DNA of 60,138 nt, filler included, from Stramenopiles sp. TOSAG23-6 (taxonomy: Eukaryota): the NCBI GenBank assembly GCA_900128565.1. It is 13 parts of 13 records of this genome, joined end to end, with 100 filler letters (N's around TTAATTAATTAA, not from the genome) between each part and the next. Parts side by side here need not be neighbours in the genome. Positions count along the whole stretch, not along the records: positions 55,625 to 60,138 come from LT637148.1; 12 more parts are not named here. One strand, written 5' to 3'. The notes under the pieces were generated by a model. That model had not been told where the DNA came from, ran no database searches, and worked only from the letters and a program-made list of their open reading frames with translations. Positions 56,846-60,138 of the stretch are shown piece after piece (positions within the stretch are counted from its first letter, which is position 1; every line of letters starts with the position of its first letter). The position numbers and the translations under genes are program-made.

Positions 56846-59192
56846 ATGTTTTGTAGATATTTTCATAGTATTGTACAAACTCGTCAGTTGCATCATGTTT
56901 TGCAAAGATGCGTCTTGAGACCAAAGGCAAGGACACAAATGTCAACTAGTGTAGAAAAGTCTATCCAGAACAACCCATCTCTACCTAGACTTCCACTACC
57001 AAACCTGGAAGACACCATGCATCGTTATTTAGAGAGCGTTTATCCTTATTGTATCAGTGATGGTGAATTTGAGGCACATCAGAGAGATGTTGAAAGTTTC
57101 ATTAATGGTATTGGATCAAAGTTGCAAGAAGAACTTGAACGGTGTGAAAAAAACTCTCAATGCTCTGGTAAATATCCTTATTCGTTTATTGAAAGACAAT
57201 GGGATGATATGTACTTATCTGGGCGTAATCCATTACTCATTAATGTGAATCCTGCTTTTATACTTCATCCTAATCCACAAAAAAATATCTCTACGTTGAA
57301 GAACCCTAACCCTAATGAAAACACGACACAAGTGAGCCAGGCGGCGAAGTTTATAAATTCATCACTTAAATGGCTTTTGAAAGTTCGCCTTGGACATTTA
57401 CCAGCTGATGGTCCATTGCCTGGTCAGTGCATGTCACAGTTTGAGACATTTCATGTACGTTTTCATCGTGAATTTAAATTATATTTTTTAGTACGAAAGT
57501 TTGTACCTAACGATTTTTTTACGAAAAAAAAAAAATATTTTTTCACAATATGTGGATCATCAAGAATTCCTGGTGCTACAAGAGACAAACAATTATTCAA
57601 TAAAAACGCAAAGCATATTGTAATCTTGCATCGTGGTCATATTTTTAAGTTAAATGTTTTTATTGAAAGTTGTGAAAAAATGAAAAAAAATGAAATTTTA
57701 TCTGTTGAAACTTTAATTAAAAATTTATCTTGTATAGTTGATTATTGTAACCAAATAAATGATGGTCCAGGAATTGGAATTTTGACTAGTTTAGATAGAG
57801 AAACTTGGTACAAAACCAGAAAATCTTTGATTGAATTTGACAATTTGAATGATTCTCATGTCACTGAGATCGATACAGCAATTCTTGTTGTTACATTAGA
57901 TGTATCAAACTGTATAAATAAAAATAGTTCAAATCATAGTCAAAATGATTTAATACGCGCCACAAGAAATGGTCTTCATGGATTACCAGGTAACTCACTC
58001 TCAGATCGATGGTACGACAAACCAACAATTATTATAGACAAAAACTCGCGCATCAGTGTTAATTTCGAGCATTCTTTTTCTGATGGTTCAATGTGGAATC
58101 GTTGGTTATTCGATACTCTGCAAGATTTTCCTAACCCAAATGAAGAGAAAACAAAAAATAATGAAACTAATATGAAATTAAATTCCAAATTAGAGCCTCA
58201 AACTCAAGAACTCAATTTTAATATCCCAGATTTTATTCAAACTACTATCAATGAATCAGTAAAAAAGGTCACTGATACTACGAATAATGTATGTTTTATT
58301 TTTTTATTTTTTTTTTTTCTATGATTTTTTTTTCGTACGAAATTTTGTACCTAACAAATTTAAGTTTTTTTTTTTGTGTTCAACCAGAAAATATTTACGA
58401 GGTAGAACAGAAACTGCGCGAGCACTCACTAAAAGTTCCATGAAAGCTGTTTTATGTATGGATCAATATGATCAAATGGACAGCGTAAAGAAAAAGAAAA
58501 AAAGAGCGATGAATGAGGGTACGTTTTCATTTCAATTTCGAATGTATTTGTTTTTTTTCGTACGAAATGTTGTACCTAACGAAAAACATTTTGAAATATT
58601 TTTTCTACAACAGGTGATACAGAATTAATGCCCCAAACATTAATTCGTGAAGCTTTGAGTGAGCATTCAAAGCTTACAAAGGCTGCGACGAATGGTTGTG
58701 GTATAGATAGACATTTATTAGCATTACAATTAGTATATGAAGAGTGGATCAAAACTGGCAACCTTAACCCTAACCCTGATTTTGATTTATTTCAATCAGA
58801 GTTATTTAAGATGAGTCAGTATTGGGGTATTAGTACAAGTAATGGAACTCCCAATTCAAAAATTATTCATGGAAATTGTTCTACAAATAGTAATAAACAA
58901 TGCAACTCACAAACACAACAATACTTACAAAGTTTTGTTTTCGGGCCTGTTGTATGTTTTCATCAAAAATTGTTTACGTTTTTTTTTCATACGAAATTTT
59001 GTACCTAACGAATTTTTTTTGAAATATTTCTTCACAATATATGTACCAGATGGATATGGCATTGGCTATCTTATATACGATGACGTTATATCTATCACAG
59101 TAACGCATTTTGAAAAAGATAATTTAAAGAGTAAAACATTATGTGAAATGATTGAAAAATCTCTTTTTGAAATTGTAGATCAATTACAATAA
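56846..59192 (+). CDS. Choline/carnitine O-acyltransferase (CPT2/CrAT-like); exons 56846-57454, 57554-58288, ~58377-58518, 58614-58951, 59043-59192
   Basis: SLPRLPLPNLEDT, DRWYDK, NFEHSFSDG, RGRTET, GIDRHL, FGPV|VPDGYGIGY; N-terminal mitochondrial-type presequence. Confidence 0.92.
58952..59042 (+). other. Non-canonical GT-AT intron in the carnitine acyltransferase (91 nt)
   Basis: GTT|GTATGT...CACAATATAT|GTA restores FGPVVPDGYGIGY; the next AG (59049) is out of frame. Confidence 0.9.
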
Positions 59193-59616
59193 AAATATAA
59201 ATACTTTATATTGATATATAATTTCTTCTCTTCACTTTAAATAAAATGAAAATGTAGCACATTTATTTCGAATTTCATATTCCAACTCTCAATCAAACAA
59301 TACTAGAAAGAATATTTTAGCGAAAGTGAACAACTAGATTTCCCAGAAAACTTATATAATATCCAATATCCCCGTGTCAGTGTAGGATGAATCTTCGAAA
59401 TCACTCACGGGTTGAGATTCAACTCTCGTTAAAATAACATCTGGGTTAGTCCAATTATTTTGTCTTATATCGGAAAGCCTATCTGTTAAAATATTTAGTA
59501 AATCATTTACAAACCCAGTACAGGAAGTCCACTGATTAGCTTCAATATTTGTCAAACCTTTAATTTTTGTTTCCAATTTTGAGACACCAAGAACACTTTT
59601 TTGAGTTTCCATTGTG

Positions 59617-60138
59617 TTATCCCAATGAGTATAACCTATATTATTCTGTGCAATTTTCCTTGCTATTTGAAAGCAAGATATGATACGTTTAATTTTATTA
59701 TCTTCACTTTTCTTGGTCTTACTTTTCTTGGTATTACTTTCAATCTTTGTAGATGGACTATAATCATGGTCTATTTGTTTATCATCGTCAGTGTCTATTT
59801 GTTTATCGTCCGTGTCTGTTTGTTTATCGTCAGTGTCTGTTTCATTATCGTCAGTGTCTGTTTCATTATCGTCACTCTGTTCACCACCATTCGCATCATA
59901 ATAATCAGAAGCCCATAATGTTCGGGAATTCTTGACTGATGCTGAGGCCCGTTTAGATCGAAATCTTGAATTGTAGTTTTTGTTGTCATCTTCAACGCTT
60001 ACATTTTTATCAAGGTGACAAATGCACCGATTAAAGATTGAGCATTGTATACCATTGTTACTTTTATTCCAATAAAACCCACTTGGCTTGTTTACACCAC
60101 TGTAGAAGGAACATCCATCAGGATCTATGAAATCTTCA
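59617..60138 (-). CDS. 5'-truncated Cys-rich/acidic hypothetical protein (frame not in the ORF track)
   Basis: Open frame ...DPDGCSFYSG...YWN...CSIFNRCIC... followed by 21-bp DDNETDT/DDKQTDT repeats. Confidence 0.45.

Overview
AT-rich nuclear DNA from a unicellular eukaryote. It is not one locus: 13 unrelated contigs of about 4.5 kb are joined by artificial 100-nt N-TTAATTAATTAA-N linkers, and contig 4644-9186 is repeated verbatim at 9287-13829. Recognisable genes include a PTC7-like phosphatase, ribophorin II, FKBP, SHAQKYF Myb, EAF6, a 2OG-Fe(II) oxygenase, a Sen1-like helicase, an ARL8-like GTPase, CDC27, mL41, XPB, CDC6 and a carnitine acyltransferase. There is also a complete PIF/Harbinger transposon (27-bp TIRs, TAA TSD, Myb-like ORF plus DDE ORF). 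The main finding is a family of sequence-related ~90-240 nt introns (GTATGTTTT...TTCGTACGAAATTTTGTACCTAAC...TTGAAATATTTTTCCAAAATACAT) that mostly do NOT end in AG. Of 33 complete introns I delimited by hand, 21 are GT-AT, 8 GT-AG, 2 GT-GT, 1 GT-GG and 1 GC-TT. Conserved motifs in XPB, CDC6, the carnitine acyltransferase and the 2OG oxygenase are restored only with the non-AG acceptors. The ends look like a transposon footprint (AT|GTAT...ATAC|AT), suggesting an introner family paired with a spliceosome of relaxed 3' splice-site specificity. All splicing is inferred from DNA; there is no transcript evidence.
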